Shown one piece after another: positions 1-13,851 of a DNA stretch of 64,000 bases. Source of the stretch: Octopus bimaculoides (Eukaryota); contig NC_068999.1 in NCBI RefSeq assembly GCF_001194135.2, forward strand, positions 47,881,887 through 47,945,886, read 5' to 3'. Made by a program: the position numbers and the translations under genes. Every line of letters begins with the position of its first letter. Position 1 is the first letter of the stretch. Below the pieces are notes generated by a model, which was given only the letters and a program-made list of their open reading frames with translations, did not search any database and was not told where the DNA came from.

Positions 1-3000
1 TGACTGAAACAAGTGAAAGATAAAATGTCTATATATATAGTTGTGTTAGGGGTAAGTGGGGACAGAGTAGAAGAAGGGTTGTTGGGTAGATTGTGTACAG
101 AGAAGCCCTGGCTATCCCATGTTATGCTGGTGGACATAGGCAGAAGGTGTGAGAGGAAAGGGACATGGGATGGAGACGGAGAGAGATGAATGTGATGTGC
201 ATCTGGAATGACTAGGGAGAGTAGTTATTGCAGGTTAAGTGAGGGAGGGATGAGAGAAGTTGTGAGGGAAAAGAGACGTAGATGGTAAGGGAGAAGTGGC
301 TAAATGCTGTAAGAAATAGGCTGGAGAGGACCATAGAGGTTGGACAGACCAGAGAATGAATGCAGTAAAAGCATCTCAAGAGAAAGGGAGGCAGTAGGAG
401 GAGCATTGGTGTGATACAACAAAAGTACCCAGGTTGCAAAAAATTTTTTCCCACGAGAGTTCTGGACCCCAGTTATGAACTCATTTGCATACAGCCAATC
501 AGAGATCAACTATCAAACTAATTTATGAGCTCATAACAAGTGATGGGCAATAAGATAAGGTCCTAAGTTTGCACTCCCTAAGCAAATTTTGATCCTGGGC
601 CACTGGTTACATACGATGTTAGATAGTATTGTGAGCTCTGGAGATGCCTTCAGCCATTTGGGCAATCTCCTCAGTCTTTTGTATTTTCTTAGAAAAGCTC
701 AATAGTTTTTACTTTATCTGGAAAATGGGAATATTGTGTAAAAGCAAGAAAGTGTATCTGATGTGAGCACAGCTCGTTTTTCATTCACAAAAACAACTTA
801 TATACAAAATCTAGTGTCTAAGTTGCCAGGTCACCGTCAAATTTGACAAATGAGCTATCATCATCATCATCCAAATACACACACACACACACACAACACC
901 CACATGCATACACCCTCACCCCCCACACATATGTATGTATGTATGTTTTCATGTATATATGTATCATACATTATATCATATTATAGTATATAATGTATGT
1001 AGAGTAAGTGGGAGGTATATCTGAAACAACCACACCTAGAAAACCTATTTGTATAAAGATGGTGCCCACAAAATATTTCTTAATTTTAAATTACAGGATT
1101 ATTTAGTTAGTAGTAATAAACACATATTTTCAGCCACAAGTATGTGGGTGTATATGCTCCAATACCTAATATTACCTATAAACACATGCCATAAACTACT
1201 TCTCCCAATTCATGAAGACTACAAAAAAAAAGAAAAAATTTAACCATAGAAACATTGAGCTGTTCTTTGTACCTTCTTTCTTTCTTTATTTATTTCTTTC
1301 TTTCTTTCGTTCTTTCTTTCCTTCTTTCTTTCTTTTGTTCTTTCAAATGTTTGTATTTTATTTTGGCTTATCTATTTGTATGAAGGCTATTGTGTACCTT
1401 CCTTAGTCTGTTCTGGTCTGGTTTAAAGATGATTAATTAGAGAGCTATGTTCTTAATTGACAGAACAGAAAGAATAAGAACATTAAAGATCAGTAGAGCT
1501 TTGCTGAAAAGTGACCTACTATAAGCAATGCCAGAGAGAGAATTCTGCAAACAGGTGACTGAAGGTGTTCATCTGTAGATGACTTGGTAGGTAGGTAGAA
1601 ACGAGCACCATCATCCTCATCTTTGTCATTGTCATCATTATCATTATCATTATTATTTTTGTTGTCATCATCATTTAATCTCCACTATGCTGGCATGTGT
1701 TGGATGGTTTGACAGGAGCTGAGGAGCCAGAAGACTGTGTGAAGCTTTTCTATCTGTTTTGACATGGTTTCTATGGCTTGATGCCCTTCCTAATGCCAAC
1801 CATTTAACAGAGTGTGCTGGGTGCTTCTTATGTGGCACCAGCATTGGTAAGGTCAACAAGTGACTTGCAATACAAAAACCTTCAACACAAGGTGAAGTAG
1901 TATTGAGGGAGGTGGCTTGGTGGCAGGTAATGAGAGGGTACAACATGACAGAGGGACAGAAACAGGTGTCTTGCTGTAGAAGAGATAGTTGAAATTTATT
2001 GAAAAACAAAAGAGGAAGACAAGTGTATGAACAACAAGTATTAGTCTGACAATGGAGAAAATGTAAAAGTTTTTTACATTTCGAGCTTATGCTCTTCAGC
2101 AGAAAGGAATAAGAGAAAATAAATAGAGAAAGGATAAAAAAAAAACTTGTGGATTTAGCGATCAAGCATGGCACCCCAGTTTTATCCTGCCTTAAATTCC
2201 TTCTCTTTGGACTTGCATATCTTAACCACTTCCTGAACTTTCTGCACCTCTCTTCATCTACATAACAGCACCCCACCTGGATTACCACTGGATATACTGA
2301 CTCTACTTTTACAGATTTCACTGGATTTTTTCATTGATATAAAGGAGATACATGGTTACTCCAGTTGGNNNNNNNNNNGGGGGGGGGGGGAGAGAGAGAG
2401 AGAGAAGATAGTGAAGATGTGTCTGAGGTGTTGAGGTAATCAGAACAAATGGCAGGATTATTACAGATTATTACTGAATAGTGCAAGGATAATTAAGCTT
2501 AGACTAGTCTTGGAGGATGATTGGACAGTGGAGTTTATTCCCACACATACTCCATTATCTAGGCAAGAAACTGAACGGAAAGACTGATTCTACATGGCCT
2601 TCTTGCAGACTAACTCAATGATGAATATCAATGACCTCAGTGTTGAAGCTGGTGAATTCAATAGCTATGTTGGACAGCACCATACAGATTTACACAGAGT
2701 GATGGCTTTGGTTCATAGAAAGAGGTTTCTGTGATGCTAATGACTTTGAAGCATTAATTTCAAGAAACCAGCCAGCCAGCCGCCCACCCACCTGATCATC
2801 TATCAATCGAGTGGACACACATGTCAGATCTAATATATTCTCACCAGAATACAACACAGATTGATGATTTGAATGCAAGTCTTTCTCTGCAGAAGTATGT
2901 ATTGATTAGCAATTATTGATTTTAAAATAAGAACTAGACAGACAAAGAGATACAAAACTGTCTGGAGAATGAAAATATGAGGCTTAAAGACACATAGAAC

Positions 3001-3460
3001 AATTAGAAATTCAGAGAACTTTTAGTTGAAGCATTTGACAGAAAAAAGAGATGGAAACTTAATGCATGGAAAACACCTGAAAATTCACAACCCTTTAGCA
3101 TTTAAACTGGTCATATCCAGCCCAAGTATTCTACCTGTGTTATATTCAAACTGGCTAGAGACCGCCTTAATAGTTTATTAATACTTTATATTATTGACCC
3201 CAAAGGGGTGAAAAGCAAAGTTGATCTCAGTGGGATTTGAACTCATAATATAAAGCACTGGGATTGGTGTACCTAGTCTCCAGTCTCCATGAAGCCACCC
3301 AAAACGAAAAAAACTGCAAGATAAAATCTCTTCTTCTTGACTTGGATACTTGGATCATAGATATATAAGTTTACATTTCATTTGTGTATGAGAAATGCTG
3401 TCTATCTTTCAGATCATTGAATTTCAATTACAAAATGTTTTGAGAGGATATCAAGTTTTA

Positions 3461-3640
3461 TTAACCTTTTAGCATTTAAACCTGCCATATCCACCCTAAA
3501 TAGTCTCTCTATTTTATGTTCAAATTGGCTAGATCTGGCCTCTCACATCTAACCTCAATGTTACTCAAAAAATAAACAACCACATCATCGAAATCTTGAA
3601 ACTACAACATAATATTGATTAATTCAAATCAATGAAAGCG
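3461..3640. mobile_element. piggyBac-like MITE family fragment (TTAACC(C)TTTAGCATTTAAAC end); related copies near 3088-3170 and 37085-37565
   Basis: A shared ...CCTTTAGCATTTAAAC..ATATC...CTACCTG..TTAT.TT.AAACTG..AGA core in three places; TTAA-CCC-like terminus. Confidence 0.5.
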
Positions 3641-3654
3641 AAATCATGATGGCA

Positions 3655-4112
3655 TCTGTACCAGTAGATCACTAAGAGCACCGTCCGAGCGTGATCGTTG
3701 CCAGAACACCAGCTGCCTGGCTTCCGTGCCGGTGGCACGTAAAAAGCACCATTTGAGCATGATTGTTACCAACATCGCCTTCCTGGCACTTGGGCACGTG
3801 AAAAGACATTTGAGCGAATTCGTTGCTAGTACCACTGGACTGGCTCTTGTGCAGGTGGCACGTAAAATATACCATTTCGAGCGTGGCTGTTGCCAGTACC
3901 TCCTGACTGGCCTTCGTGCCGGTAGCACGTAAAAGCACCCACTACACTCTCAGAGTGGTTGGTGTTAGGAAAGGCATCCAACTGTAGAAACTCTGCCAAA
4001 TCAGATTGGAGCCTGGTGTAGCCATCTGGTTCACCAGTCCTCAGTCAAATCGTCCAACCCATGCTAGCATGGAAAGCGGACGTTAAATGACGACGACGAC
4101 GACGACTGATGT
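3655..4112 (+). mobile_element. SINE family A (internal ~60-bp tandem units; ...CCCATGCTAGCATGGAAAGCGGACGTTAAA(YGA)n tail)
   Basis: Further copies at about 1670-1990(-), 4670-4885(+), 10420-10720(-), 12915-13080(+), 16465-16790(-), 17340-17500(+), 25855-26085(+), 31880-32395(+), 33440-33620(+), 43700-43885(+), 50870-51110(+) and 52320-52445(-). Confidence 0.85.
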
Positions 4113-5134
4113 GCTACAGATTCTGTCAGTTTACTGCCTTTATTTTGTTTTTAAAATGAAGATTCTTAACGATAGCTTTAACTTTAGTTTGACTTCCAGG
4201 CATTTTCACATGTATCTATGCACTACCACCACTCCCATCACCACCACCACATCCACCACCACCATCTACCACCACCACAACCACCCACTCACATGTAACA
4301 CACACTTGAGTGCACATACCTTTACCTGTGATTTCTTGTGTCACTGAATATCCATTTCATTGTTTATTTTATTGTAAAGTGTGTGTGTGTGTATGTGTGT
4401 GTGTGTGTGTGTGTGTGCGTGTGTGAGTGGTGGGAGTGAGAGGCAAAACTGGTTTTGGTATTTAGTTTAGATGTTTCTTTACTTTGCCAATTTTAGCCCA
4501 CCACTGGTGCTGACTTTTGTCATTTTCCTGTCTGTAGTTAATATAAGTACTCAAGTGGGTTGTATCATACTTTAAACCTCTTAACACTTCGTACTCTAAC
4601 ATTCTTGAAACCCCCCAGCACTGGACATAAAGCTACCCCGCTCAGTACTACTTTCCTTGCGGTTGATGGGTTTTGTCGAGTGAGTTACTTGGTGACCTTA
4701 CCAGTGCCACTGTTGCATAAAAAAAAAAGCACCTACTACAGTCTGTAAATTGGCTGTTATTAGGAAGGGCACCCAACCATAGAAACCATGCCAAAGCAGG
4801 CATTGGAGTTTCATACAGTCCTCTGGCTCGCCAGCTCCTGTTGAGCTGTCCGACCCATGCAGGCATGGAAAGTGGACGTTAAATGGTGTTGAATCCATCT
4901 CTCAGGATGGGAGGTTCTGGTATGAATCTTTCGCTTGTTTCAGTCATTGGGTTGTGGCCATACTGGAGCACCTCCTTGAATGGCTATAGTCAAATGAACT
5001 AGCTCCAGTACGTATAATTCTTTTAAATTTGGTGCTTATTCTATCGATATCTAACGCTGAACTGCTAGGTTACAGAGATGTAAACAAACTAATGCTGGTT
5101 CTCAAATGGTGGTGGAAGACAAAAACAAACACAG

Positions 5135-5179
<45 letters not shown>

Positions 5180-5195
5180 TATNNNNNNNNNNCAG

Positions 5196-5240
<45 letters not shown>

Positions 5241-6779
5241 TATATGCATGAGGAGTTTCTTTCAGTTACCAATATTGTTGAAAGAATTCTCCTAGGAAGC
5301 CAGACAGCTGCTCTGGCAGTGATCCTGCTCAGATGGTGCTGTTAGCGCTTCACTGGCATGGGTGCCAGTCATCAAATTTGGTACAGTTACGATTTCACTT
5401 GCCCCAACAGGTCTTCGCAAGCAGAGTTTAGTGTCCAATGAAGGAAGGTTGGCATGGATGCCAGTCGTTGAATTTGGTTCGATTTCGATTTCGACAAAAT
5501 ATAAACAATAATACATCATAGAATAAATTTTTAGTTTTCAAAATGAAACAAATACTGTTTATTTCTGTATGCTTTCACCTTATCTATGTTTGAGTCAAAA
5601 CTATTGAAAATGTTGCAAGACGCAACAAAAAGTTTAGAAAAATAAAAAAGAAGTAAGTGGAAATTTTACCAGCGAGTGTGTTAAATTATAAGGCACTAAA
5701 AGGGAATGTCTCTCCCCAGACACAATAGAATATGCTTCAACACAAGAACTCACATAAAGAATCTTGCAAACCAAATCCAAAAACGAAATATATTTGAAAA
5801 GTTATCTACTTTTTTCTTTTAATTGTAAACTCTTTGATCAAATCCTCAAAATGAATCTTATGTAACACAATTGCTTCTATACTTAGTACATATAAGGCAT
5901 CCCAAATATTATTTTAGTAGGGTTAAAGTGATTTCTTTTGTGCTGTACACCATTCACCATTTCCTCCGCTGCCATTCCCTTGATGCTCTAAGCACATGCT
6001 TATTTTGCTGAATACTTAATTCAGTGCTGTTTACTGCCAACTTTGGCTTGGAATAGCCACGACTGTTATCCCTTCCTCTTGCAATTTTCCAAAAGGTTCT
6101 GGTACTTGGCATGCTTCCATCAAAGGACTTAGTATTCTGTTATGTTTCCATTCACATCTAGAGTACATTAAATGGATATTAAATCAATCAAGTACTTGAA
6201 AGGATTATATTTTATTGATCTCAAAGGATCAGTGGTAAGATTCACCTGCATTCTTTTGGTTTATGATCATGAAATGAATGAAAGCAATTGGCTATGAATA
6301 ATTAAAATTTTGAAAACAAAAGACTTTTCTTCAGGATGAAGAAAAAAAAATTTCGAAAGAAGTTATAATCTGAAAATTGAGTGAGGGGAATAAAAAATTT
6401 GAAAAGTTGATTCTTAATAAAATCGTAATTTCGTCGATGAAAACAGACAAATCCAAAGAGAATTTTGAGGAAAAAGGAAGAGGAGGGGAGGTGCTTATTC
6501 GATCCATTCACCTGGACATTGCTGAATAGTAGTAATGTTTCCACTTTCGTTTTGTGTTCACGCACCGAAAGAATACCAGTTCATCTGACTGGGGTTGGCA
6601 CTGAAACCGTAATGAACAGTAAGTATTACAAAGAAATTTGTACGATGCTCTACCGATTCACTCAATTCACTGTTTTTTCCGTTTTAAAACCGTAAATAAA
6701 GATATTTACTTTTTTATACATCGTTCACATTCAAAATACTTTATTTTTTTCATGACAGATTCCAGTGATTATTGTCTTG

Positions 6780-7148
6780 TCACGAAGGGTATTTCTCAAA
6801 CCTAGACGTGTTGTTTACGTCAAAGCTCAATCATTTCAACGCCTGACTAGATTAATTGTCAATATCTGCCACTTATAGTCGAACTAACGAAGAAATTGTA
6901 AACAGAGCGGAAGAAATCTTAAAGTTCCACGCGTCTATCTTTAGTAATGACAACATTAGCGAAGCCACGCCCACCCCCCTGCCGCTGCTACTGCTGTCGT
7001 TATTGCTGCTGCTGCTGCTGTTGTTGCCGCCACTTGTTGCGCTGTCCACAGACCTCGGCAATAAAACACCTTTGGATCGGTGGCACAGATATTAGACAGC
7101 AAAAAGTACATTAAAAACTGGAATAACTCACTTCTAAAGCAAGTAAGT
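6780..7148. promoter_or_regulatory. CpG-enriched putative promoter / first-exon region
   Basis: Locally CpG/GC-rich and free of SINEs. TTACGTCA (CRE-like) at 6815-6822, GCCACGCCC (Sp/KLF box) at 6964-6972, and a + strand donor CAA|GTAAGT at 7143. Confidence 0.45.
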
Positions 7149-8103
7149 TAATTTGCCTAAATAAGCCAGGTATCGCTTTAAGGGCTTTATTTTTCCACCA
7201 ATAAATTGACAAATATTTTCTACATACCTTTTCATTCTTCCTAACCATTTCTAATATATAGTTGTACACACAGCTTGGTGCTTTTAGCTATGTAAACATA
7301 TTTATTGGCTTCATGTTGCGTACGATTTTCTTTTATATTAAACTTATAGTTTATTCATATATACATACATTATTCAATCACTCGGAAATAAAACCTCATA
7401 TTTTAAATCGGCTTTATCTATAACTAAAGAACTGGTATCTCTATCTCCATATCTGTACATATCTTTCAACTTTCATACACCTAACTTATATTTCAAAATA
7501 ATACGAGATCGAATATTGATTATCATTAATATTATCACTCATATATTTTTTTGTTTTCTTTTTCAACACTGATCTTTATATCAATATATGGCAACATGAC
7601 AGTCGTGTTGCGAAACAATTTCCCCCAATCTTCGACGACATGTAACGTACTTTATTGCATTTTTTGTTGTTCTTTTTAGGTGACATTTGACTCTTTTTCA
7701 AAACGTATGGTATTATATTCGGTTTATTTGCATCTATTTTATTTTCTAAAATTATTTTCTCTTAATCGATAATTATGTCACAGGTGTCTAAATTAAAAAC
7801 TTCAAGCATATTAGCTCTACTTCAATACAATATTTTCAATCAAGTGATTCGGAACTAGTTGATCATTTAATAGATAATTTTTCTCCTTTTCTAAATTCCT
7901 CCACTAGAATCAACAGTATGGACGTTAATTGTTGAAATTCCAGATGTAAAATCTCTCTACCTGATAGTAAATCCGTGTAGACAGCAATAATCTTGTCATT
8001 TTTCTAGGTCAGTTTCTTTTAAACAAAATTAATTTCAAATATTTTGTTTTTAGTGTAAAGTTGTTTTCATGCTGAAACTAATGTCTTCAGTTTTCTAAAA
8101 TGA

Positions 8104-8169
<66 letters not shown>

Positions 8170-8174
8170 TCTTT

Positions 8175-8221
<47 letters not shown>

Positions 8222-8227
8222 CTCTTT

Positions 8228-8262
<35 letters not shown>

Positions 8263-9628
8263 AATACATACACACATATATTTACACACACACACATACA
8301 TATATAGAAAGCTGTCTTCACACATTGCACACAATAACGTTTGATTTATTTCATAGATACAATTAAAAAAACAAAACATCATTAATTATATTTTAAATAA
8401 TTTTGAAAATGCTTCTTTTGATTGAAAGTTGAGTGACAAAAGGGGTAGAATGATTGACTAAATTTCTTATTGTAATCCTTCTACGTTCTGAGTTCAAATC
8501 CTGCTCTGTCAGTCGTCTTTTATCTGTCTTAAGGCACGGGCCCATGGGTAATTACTCTGGAGGCCCCACGTGTCTAAGGGCTCAATTCTGATCTATGTAT
8601 GTTGTGGCATTCTTCAGCCTAGAGCAGAGTGGTTTGCTTGGGTGCCAACAATGCCGCTAAAGTGGCCCTTACCATACCACATAGACGTCCAAGCCTGTAC
8701 GAGAATTGACTTAAAAACTATATCCTTCTAAAGAAAATTTGTACTACTGGGAACAATTTTAGGTGTATAGTACGAAAGTTTGTAATAATTATGAATATTA
8801 AACATTTGTTGATTTATTCCAACCGTTTTCTAATATTGATCTGTTTTAGCTTAAAACAAATAAATAAATAACACAAAATGATATTATCGAAGAATCTTTT
8901 TTCACTCGTAAAATATATTGCTTTTATCTTTTTGAGTGCCAAGGTAAAACTAATTCCTTTGATTAGGAATTACATTAAATCAAATTTCGTTCGTCAATAT
9001 AATTCTAGTTATATGTTAAGATGTCCAGCTTATTCTTTTCGATTTATTTCCAGTGTGATTTCCTTTTCTAATGACAACTGCAAATAAATCTGTATATATC
9101 ATATGTGCTTGTGAACTCAGAGATATATTCTCGAGTAGCTCCTACTAGTTCTGCTCGAACGTAACAATTGTCATGCTTCATTAAAATAAACAGCCAAATT
9201 CCACAGTTCTTTATGCAACACAATGTTAGATCTTTGAGGGTGTCATGTATTGCGTAAAGGCCTATAAAGTAAGGTAGGGGTGATGTGCGACAATTCCTGT
9301 TCATTGCAATATAGTGTTGGTTGAAAGGAGGACGTTTTAGTGCATTTTAATGTGTTTCAGATTTACTTTTGAGCAAATGTAAAAATACTCTTCAAACAGT
9401 AATTTTGTTTGGGTGTGTCTCTAACACATCAAGGTGTTTGCAAGGAGTTGAACATATTGTCATAGCAGGTGCGTGGGCTGTTAACAAATAATGGCTATGG
9501 ATTGTGCCTGCAGATGTCTTTTATATGTCATCCTCCTCTGATTTCAATACATACACGCGCGTGCGTGCGTGCGTACGTACGTACGTATGTATGTATGTAT
9601 GTATAATATATATATATATATATATATA

Positions 9629-10382
9629 NNNNNNNNNNNNNNNNNNNNNNNNNNNNNNNNNNNNNNNNNNNNNNNNNNNNNNNNNNNNNNNNNNNNNNNN
9701 NNNNNNNNNNNNNNNNNNNNNNNNNNNNNNNNNNNNNNNNNNNNNNNNNNNNNNNNNNNNNNNNNNNNNNNNNNNNNNNNNNNNNNNNNNNNNNNNNNNN
9801 NNNNNNNNNNNNNNNNNNNNNNNNNNNNNNNNNNNNNNNNNNNNNNNNNNNNNNNNNNNNNNNNNNNNNNNNNNNNNNNNNNNNNNNNNNNNNNNNNNNN
9901 NNNNNNNNNNNNNNNNNNNNNNNNNNNNNNNNNNNNNNNNNNNNNNNNNNNNNNNNNNNNNNNNNNNNNNNNNNNNNNNNNNNNNNNNNNNNNNNNNNNN
10001 NNNNNNNNNNNNNNNNNNNNNNNNNNNNNNNNNNNNNNNNNNNNNNNNNNNNNNNNNNNNNNNNNNNNNNNNNNNNNNNNNNNNNNNNNNNNNNNNNNNN
10101 NNNNNNNNNNNNNNNNNNNNNNNNNNNNNNNNNNNNNNNNNNNNNNNNNNNNNNNNNNNNNNNNNNNNNNNNNNNNNNNNNNNNNNNNNNNNNNNNNNNN
10201 NNNNNNNNNNNNNNNNNNNNNNNNNNNNNNNNNNNNNNNNNNNNNNNNNNNNNNNNNNNNNNNNNNNNNNNNNNNNNNNNNNNNNNNNNNNNNNNNNNNN
10301 NNNNNNNNNNNNNNNNNNNNNNNNNNNNNNNNNNNNNNNNNNNNNNNNNNNNNNNNNNNNNNNNNNNNNNNNNNNNNNNNNN
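9629..10382. other. Assembly gap (largest). Others: 2369-2378, 5183-5192, 11189-11289, 18222-18374, 26840-26913, 29081-29138, 47177-47432, 58825-59175
   Basis: N runs, mostly flanked by (AT)n or (AC)n. Confidence 0.99.
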
Positions 10383-10385
10383 ATA

Positions 10386-10420
<35 letters not shown>

Positions 10421-11130
10421 CATCATAATCATCATCGTTTAACGTCCGCTTTCCATGCTAGCATGGGTTGGACGATTTGACTATATGTTTGTGTGTGTGT
10501 GTGTGTGTATGTCTATGTGTGCGTATGTATTTTCTGTAGACAGATGCTCTTCCTGTCACCAATCCTCGACTGTTTCCAAGCAAAGTAATATTTTTCTCAA
10601 AGCTAGATATGCATCCCATGAAAGACTGGAAATGAACAAACCCACTTTTACGACAATGATACTCATTTACAACCATCACATGATGTCAAGACAAGGATAC
10701 ACACAAACCCTCACAAATACATACATACACGTATGTGTGTGCGTGTGTGTTTGTATACAACAGGCTTCTTTCAGTTTCCATCTACCAAATTCACTCAAAA
10801 GGCTTTGATCAGCCTGCTGCACAGTGGGACTGGATCGATGACCACATGGTTAGGAAGCAAGCCACACCTCTACCTATATCTACAGACATATGGACATAAT
10901 GTTATATAATGTTTGTACATATATACCTATAAATTGTGTATAAAAACCACCCCATAATCTTTAATGTGGGGGTCATGACTGGAGGTTTTGGCATCATCAT
11001 TGTGTCTCAGTATTTGTATATTACATGTCTATAGAACTGTTTTTATTTACATACTTCTCTTAATCGGTGCTCCTATATCTGTGCTTGTATGTGTGTACTG
11101 TGATTATGTCTGTCTATCTACTTATGTATC

Positions 11131-11188
<58 letters not shown>

Positions 11189-11289
11189 NNNNNNNNNNNN
11201 NNNNNNNNNNNNNNNNNNNNNNNNNNNNNNNNNNNNNNNNNNNNNNNNNNNNNNNNNNNNNNNNNNNNNNNNNNNNNNNNNNNNNNNNN

Positions 11290-11341
<52 letters not shown>

Positions 11342-11424
11342 ACATAAGTGTCAAATGTGTGTTTGTATATTTATTTTAAATATGTGACTACATGTCAGTG
11401 TGAGCCATGCCATTATATATTTTT

Positions 11425-12135
11425 GAATAATAATAATAATAATGAAATTATTGTGTACAGTGCTCAGGTGCACTACAACTCATCAAGGGTGCATGTACAG
11501 TAGATAGAACTATGTACAAATGTCAGGAAAGTGAACAGTGTATGAGTCATGATATACATGTGTGCATGTGTATGGGGCGGAGGGATATCAGGTGTAGTGT
11601 TGGTGAATTTCAGGAAGCATGGAGGTTTTAAAGGATGCAATGTCTTGGCAACAAACAACTGATGCAGGTAGTTTGTTCCATGCTTCAGCGACTCTGAGTG
11701 TGAAAAAACGTTTGCGAAAGTCATGGGAGCTGTGCTGTTTTCTGACTTTGTAGGCATGCCCACGTGTGTTAGATGCATGGAGCTCAAAGTGGTTGTTGAT
11801 GCGGTGGTTAATAATTTTGTGGGTGTTTACCAAGTCATTTGCCAGACGTCAGAGCTTCTATGTATCCATGCCCAGGGAAGCAAGGCATTCAGAGTATGGT
11901 AGATGCCTGATGGAGGGTATTTGCTTGGTTGTAATTCTCTGAACAGTTTCCAGGAGGTCGATGTCCTAAGCAAGATAGGGGTTCCAGACTGGTGATGCAA
12001 ATTCCAAGTGTGGCCGCACCATAGCCATATACAGCCTTAAATAGATAGCTGGAGAGTGGCTGACAAAGGTCTTGCTGAGTGATGCCATGACACCCTTGAA
12101 TATCATCCTCACCAATTCATGGGCATCTGACCTTC
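11425..12135 (-). mobile_element. 5'-truncated CR1-type LINE, 3' end with (AAT)n tail
   Basis: Translates to RPHLEFASPVWNP and TRGHAYKV...RKRFFTLRVAEAWNKLPASVV (CR1 ORF2 C-terminus). The same 3'UTR fragment recurs near 52770-52870. Confidence 0.85.
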
Positions 12136-13078
12136 AGAGCTATAAGACATTTTATATTTTTAAAATACATCCCTAATCATTTATTCTAAAAGAGAAGTCT
12201 GGTCAGAAATTCAGTAGGTTTGACTCAAGAATATTGGCATAGACAACAGAACACTAGCAGGCAATCTAGATATCAACTGTGAGACTACTCCAATAATCCT
12301 GAACATCATCACAAACTGGTATTCCACCACCGATTATCATGTCATTGAGTCAGCAAGGGAACTTCAATGTGGTTCCTTGGTTTCCTAGAAACAACAGCCA
12401 GGTCTCTTAAATCACACCCTACCTTTTTGAAAAATGACAGAGGAAAATATAATTTCACAAAAGTGGAAATGCAGTAGAGAAAGTGTAGAAATATGGAGGT
12501 ATATATGATAAGGATCAACAGAGAAACACGGAGCACTGTTCATTAGAGATATAGCTAATATACACCCACTTAATTACTTTTTCAGATAAACCCATTCAAC
12601 TAAAAAATGTTGCATACTCTCACGCACAATTAAAGAGAAAAAAGATAAACAAATTCAAACCCAAACAGTCAAGACCACTACATGCACACACTCACACACA
12701 CACTCACGCATACACATCTACAATTGCAAGAAATGTAAGCACCACACCCCAGAAATAACACATACAGGCAATAATAAACATGAAAAAGCTAACCAATAAA
12801 CAAATACAAGAACTAGATAACCTCCTATCCCTACACACACGCACGCACACAGACACATATTTTGCAGAAAAATCTGTCAGTGCCCTGTTTTATCTACTCC
12901 GCGTTTCATATATAAAGCACCCACTACACCCTCAGAGTGGTTGGCATTAGGAAGGGCATCCAGCTGTAGAAACTCTGCCAATTCAGATTGGAGCCTAATG
13001 TGGCCATCTGGTTCACCAGTCCTCAGTCAAATCGTCCAACCCATGCTAGCATGGAAAGCGGACGTTAAACGATGATAA

Positions 13079-13179
<101 letters not shown>

Positions 13180-13763
13180 GGGGGGGGGTAAAGACCTGCT
13201 TCAGTCATGAATGAGACATGAGATTGCACCAAGAAAGTTTCTCTATGAGACACTGAGTCTGGGCAAGGTTATTTTGCAGAAGACCAGTAGTCCCCTGTGC
13301 ATTCCAGCCTCCCTTCTCCACACCTCTGATGTTATCCAAGAGAAAGGCAAAGGCTGATGCAGCTTGGCGCCAGTGATATTGCAAATCATTTCTACAGCTG
13401 AGTGAACTGGAGCAATGTGAAATAGAGTGTCTTGCTGAAGAACACAACACACAGCCCTCTCCAGGAACTGAACTCACAACTGGCAATAGTCATCGGCTGA
13501 CAATTTTTGGCTGGAAATTCCATATCTGCATAGTATTTACAGAGTCCGTTTCTCTCTCTTTCTCTCTCTCACTCTCTCTCTCTTTCTTTACTATTTTGAT
13601 CTCTAGTATTGCTGATCTTTCACTGATTGACACAAGTTTCAGTGAGCAGAGGGCAGGGATTTGAAAATATTCTGTTAATCTCTCCTTTTTTAACTATGAT
13701 TTCCTTGTAGATCCTATCTAAGAAGACAGCATTAATTGTGGAGGTAAGAGTCGTAGAGTTCAT

Positions 13764-13777
13764 TAGTAGTAGTAGTT

Positions 13778-13845
<68 letters not shown>
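13764..13845 (+). repeat. (TAG)n microsatellite
   Basis: Direct inspection. Confidence 0.95.

Positions 13846-13851
<6 letters not shown>

Noticed and set aside
3735-3945. Regularly spaced repeats resembling a CRISPR array
   Set aside because: The whole units are homologous (no unique spacers), they lie inside a SINE, and the context is eukaryotic with no cas genes.
5133-5245. Direct duplication CAGACACG(CA)nCCTATAT on both sides of a 10-N gap
   Set aside because: Typical unmerged contig overlap or allelic microsatellite artefact.
6856-7095. 79-aa ORF with a poly-Leu stretch that looks like a transmembrane or signal segment
   Set aside because: TTG start; the Leu run comes from a CTG/TTG repeat; no homology recognised; better explained as 5'UTR or promoter sequence.
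7435-7470. Cluster of four TATCT (GATA) words
   Set aside because: Short motifs in AT-rich DNA; cannot be distinguished from chance without conservation data.
7596-7641. ATG...T|GTAACG as an alternative Rab27 first coding exon
   Set aside because: Direct splicing to 31661 creates TAG. It would need a further weak donor at 25129, and no acceptor or TSS support was seen.
9504-10480. ~300-aa ORFs, and similar ORFs at 11-11.4, 18-18.6, 26.7-27.1, 47.1-47.5 and 58.8-59.3 kb
   Set aside because: They run through N-gaps and dinucleotide repeats; not real coding sequence.
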